Assembly: GCA_013239625.1 (NCBI GenBank)
Contig: MU053934.1
Span: 1,605,031 to 1,669,030, forward strand
DNA: 64,000 nt
Reading direction: 5' to 3'
Source: Lama guanicoe
Lineage: Eukaryota
This document shows, piece by piece, positions 9,801 through 21,847 of this stretch (positions are counted from its first letter, which is position 1; each line of letters starts with the position of its first letter). The position numbers and the translations under genes were made by a program. The notes below the pieces were generated by a model that had not been told where the DNA came from, made no database searches, and saw only the letters and a program-made list of their open reading frames with translations.

Positions 9801-10659
9801 AGCTGCTGCTTCAGTCTCCCGCTGGGTGCGTGGTGCAAGGGCAGCTTTCACAGCTGGCAGGAGGAAGTGAAACTTCTGGAAAAAGGCAGAAGTTTCCTGT
9901 TTAACTCTCAAGTTTTTGCACAGTATTGGCAGAACCCTGCCCCATGCATCTCAAAATGGATTTGGCTAAGGCTGAGCCGCGGAGCATCTCCCGTCACAGT
10001 AAACTCTGCATCACAGGAAAGTGGCGATTCCATCTTCCCAATTGGTTAAACCAAAATCTTTGGACTTATCCCAGACTCCTCTTCTCGCTCATGTCCTGCT
10101 TCCTGTTCTTCTGAAATTCTTGTTGGTGCTGCCTTTAAAATAAGAATGTCTTAGGCCAATTCTCACCCGTCCTCTGAGATCTGTAACCTTCAGTACCTCT
10201 GCAAAGTGTGATCACCCTATTCGATGGTAATAGAACATACTCGCAGGTTCCAGGGACTAGGCAAGGACACCTTTGTGGGGCCACCATTCTGCCCATCACA
10301 GACACACGCCCACCTCCTGGGTCTGGTGAGGATGAGGTGGGACCACACTTGGGAGCGTACTTGGCTCAGAGCTGGCCCTGGTGTTTTTTTCTGATTTACA
10401 CCCATATTTGTCTTTGGTGTCTCTTGCCCCCTTTCTTGATCATTTCCCTGGGCCCAGCTTTCCTTCATTAGGGTCCCGAGCATGCATGCTCTATCCAGCT
10501 GGGCTTCTAGTCTCTTCAGCTTTGTACCTCCAGCGCTCACACACAACTGGCCTGTTCCAGGTGCTCAAGCATTTGACTCTGAGAGGAAAGCCCAGAGAGA
10601 GGACGGTGGGTTCTCTGACGGCATAAAGCTTTAATGGTGGGGGATGGCAGAAAGATGGC

Positions 10660-11060
10660 CTGAAATGGGTGGGCAGGGCTGCATTCCTTCTGGAGTTCTA
10701 GGGGAGAGCCTGTTTCCTAGCTTTTTCTAGCTGGGAGGGGTGCCTGCTTTCCTTGGCTCGTGGTCCTTACCTCCTTCTTCAAAGTTAGCAGCATAGCATC
10801 TTCCAGTCTCTCTCTCTCTCTTTCTGTGTCCTGTATCCCTTATCAAATCACCTTTTGTGTCTGTAACCCTCCAGCCTCCCTCTCATAAGGACTTTTCTGA
10901 TCACATTAGGCCCACGAGGATAATCCAGGATAACCTCCCCATCTCCACATCCTTCCTCATCCCATTTGTAAAATCCTCTTTGCCATGTAACGTAACATAC
11001 TCAGAGGTTCTGGGGATTAGGGTGCAAACATCCCTGGGGACCATTATTCTGCCTACCATA
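10660..11060 (-). mobile_element. MaLR solo LTR (MLT1-like)
   Basis: Recalled MLT1 text: gataatccaggataacctccccatctc...ttgccatgtaacgtaacatactcagaggttctggggattagg...ccattattctgcctaccata. Confidence 0.75.
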
Positions 11061-12354
11061 GAAGGAGAAAAAAAGAATACCATTCAAAACATTCCGGTTG
11101 CTTGAGGACAGGGAAGGGGAAGTCAGGGAGCTGAATCAGCAGGGGGAAGGGCCCCAAGCTCAACACTGGGACAGAGGAGACACCGGATCAGCTCTGACCT
11201 GGCCTCCTCTGCCCTGGGCTTGTGTGTCTAGGGGTGGAGTATGGTTTCAGTGTCTGTTCTCGCCAAGTCGGGGGCTCCCAGGGAAGAAGTTGGAATGAGA
11301 AGTGAGCCTGGACTAGTGCCAGGAACTGGGGTCACTGAAGGCTCTGTGTCCTATGGGGCAAGTCATTCCCCTCTTGGGGTCCCTGTTCCCTCCCCCAGGT
11401 TAAGTACGAAGGTGTCAGATCACATGAGGTTTACCTTCTGAGGTTTCTGGACTGGCTCTGGATCTGCTGATGGGGAAGCATTCAGACCCTCACACTCTTG
11501 TTGTTATTATGAGAATTAAATGAGTTAATACGTGTGTTTAGGATAGCGTCTGGCACACAGTAAGTGCTCAGTGAATATTAGCTATCAGTATTGTTACCAC
11601 TGTTCATCGAAGCAGAAGGTGGATATATGGTTTATATCAAGAGCTAAACTTCTCGGCATAGCCCTTCTACCTGGGAGGCTCCGCAACCCCCAGGTCGCTG
11701 GATTGATCTGCTGACTGAAACTCAGGTTAATGACCCCAGAGGAGGATGGATCAATGGCCAGGGCCCTGACCTTGGGTTGGATGGACACACTGACCTTCTG
11801 GACCTGTCTGGTTTTTCCAGGCTGTCTCCAAGCATCAGAGACTCCTATACGTGTACGGCTGTGGGGGAACGCCTTAGCCACTGTGTTCCCCCAGCTGGGG
11901 AAGCCAGGCTGGACAAGCCGTCTTCAAGCCTGTGCTCACCTTCTGTCAGAAGTGGGGCACTTGCTGCCTCGTTTCTAAGCAACATCCTTATAACGAGCTA
12001 GAGTCACCTTTTTTGTTTTGTTTAATTTAGAATCCAGAATTGTGGCATTGGGAAGGGACTTCAGGAATCACCTAGTCCATTTATTTCGTCCTCTGGGCTT
12101 ACGTAGTGACCTGCCTCCCTCAGCCTTAAATGATCAATCTCATGCAGAATTTATTCCTTAGTTGATCTGTTCCAGGCCCGGAGTGGGTACTGAGGATGTG
12201 ATCAATCAGACCCGATGATCCCTGGAAGAGCGCCCTATGCAGGTAAGCTGGGAGGTAGCCTGTATAGCCAGCATCGCTGTCCAGGTGGGTACCAAGTGCT
12301 TATCGAGCCTGCAGGAGGCAGGCGGAGACCTGGACTCACCCTGGGGTTTAGGTT

Positions 12355-12510
12355 TCGGTGTCCCGCTTTATGTTTGACCTTGGGCTGGCCACTTTATTTC
12401 CCCCAGTCTCAGGTTCCCTCTCTGTAAAATAGTAGTGATCTACTCCACAGGGTAACTGTAGGGATGAGCCATGAAAGCAGTACAGCCTCGAGCACTTAGT
12501 AGGTGCTCAA
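12355..12510 (+). mobile_element. MIR SINE fragment
   Basis: tgaccttgggc...tctcaggttccctctctgtaaaatag...agcacttagtaggtgctcaa. Confidence 0.55.
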
Positions 12511-12803
12511 GAAAAAACAAAACCAAGAACAATGGAAAAACAGGTGTGAGGGGGCAGGCTGCCTGCTAAGGGTCCTGGGAGGAGGTGACATTTAGGGAGC
12601 AGGTTCCCAGAGCAGGGAAGGAGGAGACGGCAGGGTCTGGGGGCGGGTGAGTGCTTGATGTTGTCCCCCAGCCTCCTGCTCTGAGAAGCCCTGCCTCCAG
12701 GTCTCTGGAACTTTTCAGATTCCTGGGGTGCTCAAGTCCCATGAATGGCTGGGAGGCTCTGGAAGGGGCAAAATCACACAGCTGCCCAGATTTCTAGAAG
12801 TAA

Positions 12804-12863
12804 GTGTGTGTGTGTGTGTGTGTGTCTGTGTGTGTGTGTGTCTGTGTGTGTGTGTGTCTGTGT
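12804..12863. repeat. HMOX1 promoter (GT)n microsatellite, interrupted: (GT)11 CT (GT)7 CT (GT)7 CT (GT)2
   Basis: Read directly; same position as the human HMOX1 promoter (GT)n. Confidence 0.93.
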
Positions 12864-12899
12864 TTTAACGTCCTGTTCTAAATAGCTTTGTTTTCCAAG

Positions 12900-13040
12900 G
12901 ATCATATGACCGCTCCTCCTCCACCCCCGCTGGCCATGGGCAGGCGGGGCGTAGGCCGGCGCGGGTGTTGCAACTTCGGGCCAGAAAGTGGAGATCAGCT
13001 GTCGGGCGGCGGCCACGTGACCCGCCCCGGGGATAAATGC
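12900..13040 (+). promoter_or_regulatory. HMOX1 proximal promoter (CpG-rich): TCATATGAC E-box, USF E-box CACGTGAC, TATA-like ATAAAT
   Basis: TCATATGAC 12902-12910, CACGTG 13014-13019, ATAAAT 13033-13038, ~110 nt before the ATG. Confidence 0.85.
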
Positions 13041-13145
13041 ACGGCGCGGGCCGGGATCGGGACGTCGCCCTCCGACCCGCTTCCTCGCGTCCTATCCGAG
13101 CCATCGGAGCCAGCACCGCAGCCCGCACCGAGAGCTGCCGGACAG

Positions 13146-13168
13146 ATGGAGCAACCGCAGCCCGACAG
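13146..13168 (+). CDS. HMOX1: HMOX1 coding exon 1 (MEQPQPDS)
   Basis: ATG at 13146; donor is GC (AG|GCAAGC). Confidence 0.9.
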
Positions 13169-16100
13169 GCAAGCGCAAGGCGGCGGGGCAGCGTGGCGGC
13201 GGGGCGGGGGACCGGCCTCTCCCCGGCGGGGCAGCCCCTACCCTCTCGCCGAGCTCTTGAGACAGAATGGGGAAGCAGGAAGCGACCTCACCGAGCAGCC
13301 AGTCACTTGGGCTTTGGTCTAGGGAGGAGCTGGGTTCTAGTCTCGCCGGGTAGGGTAGTTGGAGGGATGAAAGGTGATTTACATGCCTGGCTCCGGGTGG
13401 GTGAGCGATGGGAGTGTTGCTATGGACTCCAACTTTGTTCTTGGCGGTGGACTTGTGAGTGTGGTTGGAGGTGGCTGCTTAGTTCAGGATTCCTGCGGCT
13501 GCTGGAACCTGGGTGACAGTGCCTAGTTTTCTTACAAGACCCCCCTCTTGGCCACATCCATCTCTCACTAGCTGTTGATTGCCTGGGCAGGACAGCAGCT
13601 GAGCCAGACGTGAGGGAGACTGCGGTGTCCCCACTTAGAGACGAGGATGGCACAGTTGAGGGAGGCAGCAAGGCCAAGGGCTCCTGTCTAGCAGGTGTAA
13701 GAGCTGGGTTTTGAACCTTGATCTGTCCACCTCCAAATCTGGCTCCTTCCCTTCTCCTAAGGATTTGATCAGCATATACAGAATAGGAGATGATGCTTCT
13801 GGAAGGGGTGCAGGAGAGAAAGGAGAAATGACAATTCTGTGGCTTCTTCACTCAGACACTTTGGTGATGAGCATAACATGATAGGGGGTCATGAGTTTTG
13901 AATCTGAAACCTCAACAAAGTTAATGAATTAAATCTTGGGTCTAAAATCAATCAATCAAAGCAATCGCCAGGTTGAATCTGAGGGTTCACCCTGCCGACT
14001 GCTGCTTCTCCCTGGGTGGTGCTGCCTCCTCTCTTACATTGAGAAGATCTGGTACCAGGATTTCCCCCTTGGTTTTGGGGACCGTATTGCATAGTGTTTT
14101 ATGTAATACAGTTAATTTGGGGCTGCATCTTAAGGCGCTTGGGACTGTGGCCTGTGCACTAGATGGAAGTCTGGATTTCTGCAGAGAAGCCCGATGAAAG
14201 CCAAAATCTCTGGAAGGACTGCCGACAGGTGGGCGTACCCTCAGAGGCTCAGGAAGAACCCTGCTCAGAGCCATCCCCCTGTTCACCTTTCTCTTTTCCC
14301 TCTGTAGCATGCCCCAGGATTTGTCTGAGGCCCTGAAGGAGGCCACCCAGGAGGTGCACACCCAGGCAGAGAATGCTGAGTTCATGAAGAACTTTCAGAG
14401 GGGCCAGGTGACCCGAGAAGGCTTTAAGGTATGTGGCCAGGTGGCAGAGGGTGGCCAGTGGTGTAAGTGGGGATTGGGTCCAGGGATGCTGAAGGACCAG
14501 ATAGGCATGACATTGAGGCTCGGAGAGGGGAGGTGACTAACCCAAGGTCACACAGCATGTGACCTATGTGGTGTGACCTGCGTGGTACTGTGGAGGGGCT
14601 AGGGCAGTTGTACCATCAACTGACCACCTAGTCTGTGCCCAGCGTTTTATTCCTTGATTTCTTTTTTCTTTCTTTCTCTCTTTTTTTTAAAATGGAGGTA
14701 CTGGGTATTGAACTCAGGACCTTGTGCATGCTAAGCATGTGTTATACTACCGAGTGATACCCACTCCCTCATATTTGATTCCTAATCTGTGCCTCAGCCT
14801 TGATAAGGAAGATGAGGCAGGGAAGGCTCAGAGAGGTTAAGTAACTAACAAGATCACACAGCCAGTAAGGAAATGGGAAAGGCCAAAATCAAACCAAGAC
14901 TGGCTTCATTTCAGAGCTTGTGCTTTTGATCTAGTTCTAGTTTGCCTCTGAAAGCAGAGGGGTGGCGGGGTGGGGTAGTATGGGTTCGAGCCCCAGCACA
15001 TCCATTTCCTAATAGTAAGATTGTGGGCACCTTATCTGACTTCCCTCAGGTATCTTTTCTCCTTGTGAGATTTTCAACAGCGGGGTTTTCTTCAGGGCAC
15101 AGATCTATGTGAGGCAGATTTTGTTATTTCCTGGCACAGTTGTGAAATTCATGCAGAGAGAAGGCAAGCACTTGACAGAGAACCAGGAAGGTGCTGGGTG
15201 TGAGGCTTGTTGGAGCTGAACTGTGGGGTGGGGAGCTGGATCCCACCATTCCTGCACCCCCTGCCTTTTGGTTTCTGGACACACTTCCAACACAAGAAGT
15301 GCTTCAGTGAAGGGAGATTAACGCAGTTAAAGGGCCTTGGGCTATGGCCTGTGGATGCTGGGTTTAGCTCTTTCTCCCTCATTCTCCCCATGATGTCTCC
15401 ACAAAAAAGATGACCAACACCTGGTTGCTGTGATGTGGCTGAGGAGGTGGGTGTTGGAGTATCCCATCCCCAGGCACTGTAGACTTTTTTTTTTAATTAT
15501 TAAATGTTTTTTCTTTTTTGGGGGGGTAAGGGGAAGTCATTAGGTTTATTTATTTGTTTTAACGGAGGTACTGGGGATTGAACCTAGGACCTCATGCATG
15601 CCAAGCATGCACTCTACCCCTGAGCTATCCTTCCCCTTGCACCATGGACTTTGGATCCTGAATATCCACTGATGGCCCCAGTGCTCACTCAGATTATGCT
15701 GAGGGAGGTGGCATTTTTTTTTTAAATCACCACAGCTTCTGATTTGAGTGCTACGTGCCAGGCTGCATCCAGAGCTTTTGCCTGCATCAGCCTGCTCGAC
15801 CCTCGACCCAGCCGCATTTGGGGTGTTGTCAGGTGATCTCTCTCGGCAGGGAAGGGAACAGAGGCCTGACTTGCACAGAGTCACTCCCAGACTTCAGCTC
15901 GCCCAGAGAGGGCGAGCGGCTTACCCGCAGTCACACAGTTGAGGACTAGCTCAGCCGAGTTAGAACCCGGTTGCTCACAGGTGAAAACCCGAGCTATTTT
16001 CTACCAGGCTGTCCGGCTTTCTGCTCTGGTGAGAATTGGGGCTGCCGTGAAGGTGTGTGCCTCAGAAATAACCTGGGAACCTTAACCAGAACTCTTAAAC

Positions 16101-19100
16101 TTTGTCCTCCTTCAAACTCAAACTAGAGAATTAATGTGTAATGGGAGTTTCCTGAGCCAGGGGTCACTGGGCCCGTCCCCCAGCCCAGCTTCCAGCGGTG
16201 GTGGGGTTCTGAGCAGGCCTCCAGGAAGGAGGATCACGCCCTGCAGGTGGTCACCCAGAGATCAAAGGCCAGAGTAACACCCTCATTCAGGTCCTCCCTT
16301 GCTCCAGAGTCAGGAGGCCCCCTCGGAAAGCCTGGGCTTGCCTTCAGTTTCATTGTCTCCTGGCTGTGTGACCTCCGTGTCTCAGACCCTCTCTGAACCT
16401 TTTCTGTGAAATGAGGGGTAGCAACTCTTTTGTAGGATTTTTACCAGGATTAAGCGAGGCTGTGTGTTTTATCCAGTGTGAGGAAAGGGTTTTAGGCTCA
16501 GAAAGGGCTTGAGGAAATTTTTCTCCTGGGACACTCCCTCTGACTGCTTTGTGGAGAGGACTGGAGGGGCCAGCCAGAGGTGGGAGCCCAGCCTGGGGTG
16601 GGGATGCGGGTCTGTGTTGAAGGCAGTAGTGTGAATGGGGTGGATGGGGTCTTATACATGGCAGCAGCCTGACCTGCTGGCTCTGGTTGCAGCTGGTGAC
16701 GGCCTCCCTGTACCACATCTACGGGGCCCTGGAGGAGGAGATCGAACACAACAAGGAGAACCCGGTGTTCGCCCCGCTCTACTTCCCAGAGGAGCTGCAC
16801 CGCAGGGCCGCCCTGGAGCAGGACTTGGCCTTCTGGTATGGACCCCGCTGGCAGGAGAGCATCCCCTACACGCAGGCCACGAGGCGCTACGTGCGGCGAC
16901 TCCACGAGGTGGGGCGCAGGGAGCCCGAGCTGCTGGTGGCCCACGCCTACACCCGCTACCTGGGCGACCTGTCCGGGGGCCAGGTCCTCAAGAAGATTGC
17001 CCAGAAGGCCCTGGACCTGCCCAGCTCCGGGGAGGGTCTGGCCTTCTTCACTTTCCCCAACATCGCCAGCGCCACCAAGTTCAAACAACTCTACCGTGCC
17101 CGCATGAACACCCTGGAGATGACCCCTGAGGTCAGGCAGAGGGTCCTGGAAGAGGCCAAGACTGCGTTTCTGCTCAACATTCAGGTGAGGGTCTGGCCAC
17201 TCAGGGTGGCCGCCACCTCTCCCAGCTACTCCTCCAGGGACATTTCTCTTAGAGCAAGGGAGGGGGCTGAGGGTCACAGTTAAGTGCAGGGGCCTGGAGT
17301 CGGGGGTCGGGGCAGGGTTCCAGCTCTCTCCCTTACTTGCTGGGTGATCTTGGGCACATCCCTCCATCGCTCAGTACTTCAGTTTCCCCATCTGTAAAAT
17401 GGGGATACAGTGGGACCTACCTCCTAGAGTTTCTTGTGAGGATTAAGTGAATTTGAATCAATAAAGGCCCGATAGCAAGGCCGGGCGCAGGGTCTGCCCC
17501 TCTAACCTTAGCTACTGTTACTGGGGCCACGAGCGTTACGGCTGTAGCGCACTGGGACAACCCGGAGGCCCTGCGGGGACTGGGTCTCCTGGCTTGTGCT
17601 CTCCTGTGGCTTATGCCCAGCCTGGGACCTCAGAAGAGACTGGAAAAATGCCCCTTCCTTGCATTTCCCTAAAAAACGACCACCGTGTAACCCACAAAAC
17701 CTGGTCAGTCCTCCAAGAAAAATCTGTGTGTTTCAGCGAGGTGTTGCAGAAGGAACGGGAGGGTTGGAGCCAGAGCCCCATTGGAGGGCTGGCTCTTGCT
17801 GCCTGCCCTCTGGGTTAGCCTCAGCCCAGGCACTTCATCTCTGGGAGCTGCAGTTTCCTCACCTGTAAACTCTGGCTAACGATTATCATGGAACACACTA
17901 AGGATGGATTTCACCAAGAGAAATGAGAGCAGGCAGCGGGCTGCAGCAGAGTGCATCCCTTAGGGGACCACTCATGAAACTGTGCTTTGCAGAGGGACAC
18001 AGGATCAGGGCATGCGTGGTGACCAGGAACCTCAAATTCAGGATGGCTGTTAGGGGAGCATTTAGGGGAGAGAGCAGGCAGGCGGGTCAAAGGTACTTGG
18101 GACATCTCTTGTAAGCTGAGTGAAAGGTACACGATGCTCAGTATTTTTCCTGTGACTTTATTATGTCCTAATGTTTCATAACCAAACCCACACCTTACCT
18201 TCAGCCGGCCTAGCACCACCGCTCACTGAGATGTGTGTCTTTGGTTTTGCAGCTGTTTGAGGAGTTGCAGGAGCTGCTGACCCGGGACGCCAAGGACCAG
18301 AGTCCCTCACAAGCACCAGACCTTCACAGGCGGGCCGGCAGCAGGGTGCAAGGTGAGGGCCTCCCGGGAGCGGTGTTTCCTCTGGGCCCTGTTGGAGGGG
18401 CATCAGGCCCAGCTGTCTGTCTCCAGCATCACTTGATTGTTCCCATCTTCTCAATGTTTTAAATGAGAAACTGGATGCAGTTGGAGGGCATGGGGCCCAC
18501 CCTCAGTGGATGATGCTGGGCACATGTGAGACTCTCCAAGCCTCAGTCTCCCCAGTTCCAGAATCAGGAGGGTTGAGCTGGTTCTAGTTCATTGGCTGGA
18601 AAGAAAGACGTGCACACACAGGGCCCTTGGAAGTCATGGCAGATCCCTCCTCCCTCTTAATTTAGGTTCCATTTGGGGCCCTTTAATGGTTCCTGAGCAG
18701 AGACCCCCTGACGTGGGGCAGGGGATGATCCAGGACTGCTTCTAGCTATTACTCTGCTGGGAGAGGGTCTGGGAAACTCCCCAAAGCACTGGCGTGCTCC
18801 ACAAAATGCCCCCTCCCTGAGCCTGACACCCCCAGGGGCAGGAGTGTGGCTTTGGGAGTCTGGGGAGCGAAGAGTGGGGAGTTCAGCCACCTGCTTGGCA
18901 GGTTACCTCAGGCCTTTGCTCCTGGTGCCACCTGAGCCCACCTGCCCTGTGACTTTCTCACTGTGCTGGGATGGTGGCCAGGCCTGATGGGATTGGCGAC
19001 CTGATGGAGGTGAGGGGACTTCACCTGGATGCACCAGTTCTCAAAGGGTAGTCCCTTGGGCCCCCCTGGAGGGGACTTCCTCACAAAGTGGTTGAAACGG

Positions 19101-19447
19101 GAAGAATGGACAGCTTGGAGAGATAGTAAGCTCCCTGTCTTTGGAGGTATTCAAGCATGGCTAGAGGGCGACTGCTCTGTGCTCTGGCAGCATCCTGGCC
19201 TTGAGTGGTAACTATGCTAGACACTGCTGAGGCCCCCCCCCCCCGCTTTGTTTTCCTGTGACATCAGAAGTGCCCATCCCTGTCCTGGTGTTGACACTGT
19301 ACCCTTTCTCTTTCAGGCTCTACTCCCACAGAGACGTCCGGGGCCAAGCCCCAGCCCAGCATCCTCTCCCAGGTGCCACTCATCCGATGGATCCTCACAC
19401 TTAGCTTTCTGGTGGCAACGGTCGCTGTGGGGCTTTACGCCATGTGA
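13146..19447 (+). CDS. HMOX1: Heme oxygenase 1 (288 aa), 5 coding exons
   Basis: Exons 13146-13168, 14308-14428, 16693-17184, 18253-18352, 19317-19447 sum to 867 nt = 288 aa plus stop; His25 heme ligand, [14 protein letters not shown] signature, C-terminal [21 protein letters not shown]. Confidence 0.98.
14308..14428 (+). CDS. HMOX1: HMOX1 exon 2
   Basis: tgtag|C ATG CCC...TTT AAG|gtatgt; [17 protein letters not shown]. Confidence 0.97.
14660..14770 (-). mobile_element. Vic-1-like SINE in HMOX1 intron 2
   Basis: aatggaggtactgggtattgaactcaggaccttgtgcatgctaagcatg with T-rich tail. Confidence 0.85.
15485..15637 (-). mobile_element. Vic-1-like SINE in HMOX1 intron 2
   Basis: ggaggtactggggattgaacctaggacctcatgcatgccaagcatgcactctacccctgagctatcc. 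Confidence 0.88.
16693..17184 (+). CDS. HMOX1: HMOX1 exon 3
   Basis: tgcag|CTG GTG...ATT CAG|gtgagg; 492 nt. Confidence 0.98.
17290..17470 (+). mobile_element. MIR SINE in HMOX1 intron 3
   Basis: MIR core ttcagtttccccatctgtaaaatggggata...gtgaggattaagtga. Confidence 0.7.
18253..18352 (+). CDS. HMOX1: HMOX1 exon 4
   Basis: tgcag|CTG TTT GAG...CAA G|gtgagg; 100 nt. Confidence 0.96.
19317..19447 (+). CDS. HMOX1: HMOX1 exon 5 coding part
   Basis: ttcag|GC TCT...GCC ATG TGA; encodes the TM anchor. Confidence 0.96.
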
Positions 19448-20021
19448 ACGCGAGCATGCTGGCTCCTGGGGGCCGTGAACTCTTCCTGGAGAGGGGCGAT
19501 CTCTTGGCTGCCTTCCTTACTTGGGCCTGGGAGGGGAAAGGTAGAGGCCGTTGCAGCCCCCGCCCTCTCCCTGCGTCCCTCTTCCTCCGGGAAAAAGGAG
19601 CCTGTGGCATCTTCCCCAGCCAAAAGCACATCCAGCCAGTGACCTGAACTTCAGAGTGGGACGAGGGTCCTGCCCGGCCCCTCAGCACCCTCCCTACCCC
19701 CCGTTCCTGCAGCAGAGCCCAGAAGATGTAGCCAGAGGTGGCAGCTCCAAATGCCTCGGATCTGCAGTCTCCTTGTTAACATGCTGTGACCACTTTCCCC
19801 GTGAGCCATGGCGATTTTTATATAAATGTGCAGAGATGTTCTGTCTTGTGTTTCTGTCTTGTTTGTGTTGGAGCCACGCTTTGTCCCCAGCTCAGCCTGG
19901 ACTGTGGTATTTTGTTGTGTTCTGTTCTGTTTTTATAGCAGGGTTGGGGTGGGTTGTTGGGGGTTGGGGAGGGAGGCGTCTAACAGCACCGTGGCCTTGG
20001 TCTCTAACTTTTCTGTGAAAT

Positions 20022-20027
20022 AATAAA
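20022..20027 (+). terminator. HMOX1 polyadenylation signal
   Basis: AATAAA ~575 nt after the stop, followed by a GT/T-rich element. Confidence 0.85.
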
Positions 20028-20979
20028 CTACATTGCCTGATAGTAACTTGAAGTGTTTTTCTTGGATTCTATTCCCCTTGGGGAACTGACCTTTTCCTCA
20101 CTTGTTTCTTGAAAGCCTGGTGGGGAGGAGGGGTGAAGGTGTGGGTGGCAGGAGCTATTTTAGGATGTTGCGCTCTGTTCTGAGAATGTGGGGGGTGAGC
20201 TTTAAGAAGTTGGTAGGCGAATCTTGGGGGCGAACCCTGCTTGATGCAAGACAGCTTTACTGAAGACAGGATTCCCTGAAGTGAGCAGATTCTGGGGTGA
20301 AATTTATGTGTCCTGTATAGTAAGTCTTAGGGATTAGAGTGAGATTCCCTGGTTCAAATCCCTACTACTCCACTTTGTAGCTCTGCCTTGGAGGTTAGTC
20401 ATGAACCTCTCCAGGGCTCAGCTGTATCACCTTTAACATGAATACAGGCTCGCCAGCCTGTCTTGAGAAGCAAATGAGATGCATGTAAAATGCCAACATT
20501 GTACAATGCTGACTCCTATTACAAATCAAGAGAGACCAGTGTTTTGTTCATTTTGCTGTGATTCTCGTGCTGTGTGAGTCACTTCACCTGTATCATCTCA
20601 GTTCATCTTCAGAGAGAAGCTGTGAGGAGTGCTACCACTCTCTGAGGGTCAGAAAGGATTTCAACCAGGTCTGGCCAGCACTAAACTAAGATGTTCCCAC
20701 TGCCTGATGTCCTGAAAGCCACTGAAGTAGTGAAAATGCACTCTCCCAATCTCGAGAGTGAAAGCCCCTTGCTGATGTTGTTACTTGGGAGGGAAGGGGG
20801 ACAAGGCATTTCCTTATATGACCAATATGTGAGGACTCTGTCCCTAGTCCTGACTTTGTCACTAAGTCTGGAACCTTGGTCAAGTCACTTCTAGTCTCCT
20901 TGTGTTCACAGGCCAAAAACAATACATCCCGCTGGAAGGAGGGTCAAGAAGCATCCAAACACCAGTCTGTGGATGGTGG

Positions 20980-21120
20980 CATCAAAATACCCAGTATCCT
21001 GGGACCCACCTCAGGAGATTCTGAAAATTCTGATTCTGGAGACCTGGGGAAGGGCCCTGGAATCACTGCTTATAAAAGTCTACTGGGCGATTCCAAAGTG
21101 CAACCAGGTCCAGAAGCCAT
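20980..21120. mobile_element. MER5-like hAT DNA transposon fragment
   Basis: cctgggacccacctcaggagattctga...ggggaagggccctggaatc...gattccaaagtgcaaccagg. Confidence 0.5.
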
Positions 21121-21847
21121 TGTTTATGTATGCCAAGGGTAGGCATTCAAAGAGTGGCTAGAGCTCTTCTGACCCTGGGACCAGGTTCCAGTTTTCTGTG
21201 ACAAGGGCATCAATACTCATTGTTTGTAGCCACAAAGAAAGGAAGGGGGTGGGGGCAGTTACAGACCGAGAGAAACCATCCTGAATTCTACTAACAGGAA
21301 AATGGCTAAAGAATTTGTATTCCATTCACACTGTGGAAAATTAAGGAGCTCTTAAATAGAATGAGTTAAAACTATGTCTCCACTCAGAGGGACTTCCACA
21401 AAGTATTAAGGAGAAAAGCCAGTTTCAGATTCATTTGATGTAATTTCAACACCCTGTAAAAAGATATATCAAATATGCCTTGTAAATATGTGCAAATATA
21501 GCACATGGAATAAAAAGTTCGTGTTGCGAGTGAGACTGGAAAAGAAGGGAGCGAGAGTATGCAGTCCAAGCTTGAGAATCTGTCGAGTTTGGCAGATTTC
21601 CCCATTTTTCAAGCCAGGCGGGGGAATCTGGTCGTGAATTTTCGCAAATTTTAAGCATTGCTCAATGATGAAAGCTCTTCCGCAATAAAAAAAAAAAAAA
21701 CCTCACCATTTTGGGGTTTGAGAAAACATCCCTTGAGCCCCAGGTTTGAGTTTCGTTCTGGAGACGTTAAGGTGCCCCGCGGTGGCATTTCTGATCTACA
21801 ACTTCTGGAAACGTGTTCTCCGTGAGAGCGGGGAGCGCAGGTGGGCC

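Noticed and set aside
16498..17367. 289-aa minus-strand ORF
   Set aside because: Antisense shadow of GC3-rich HMOX1 exon 3; no recognisable domain
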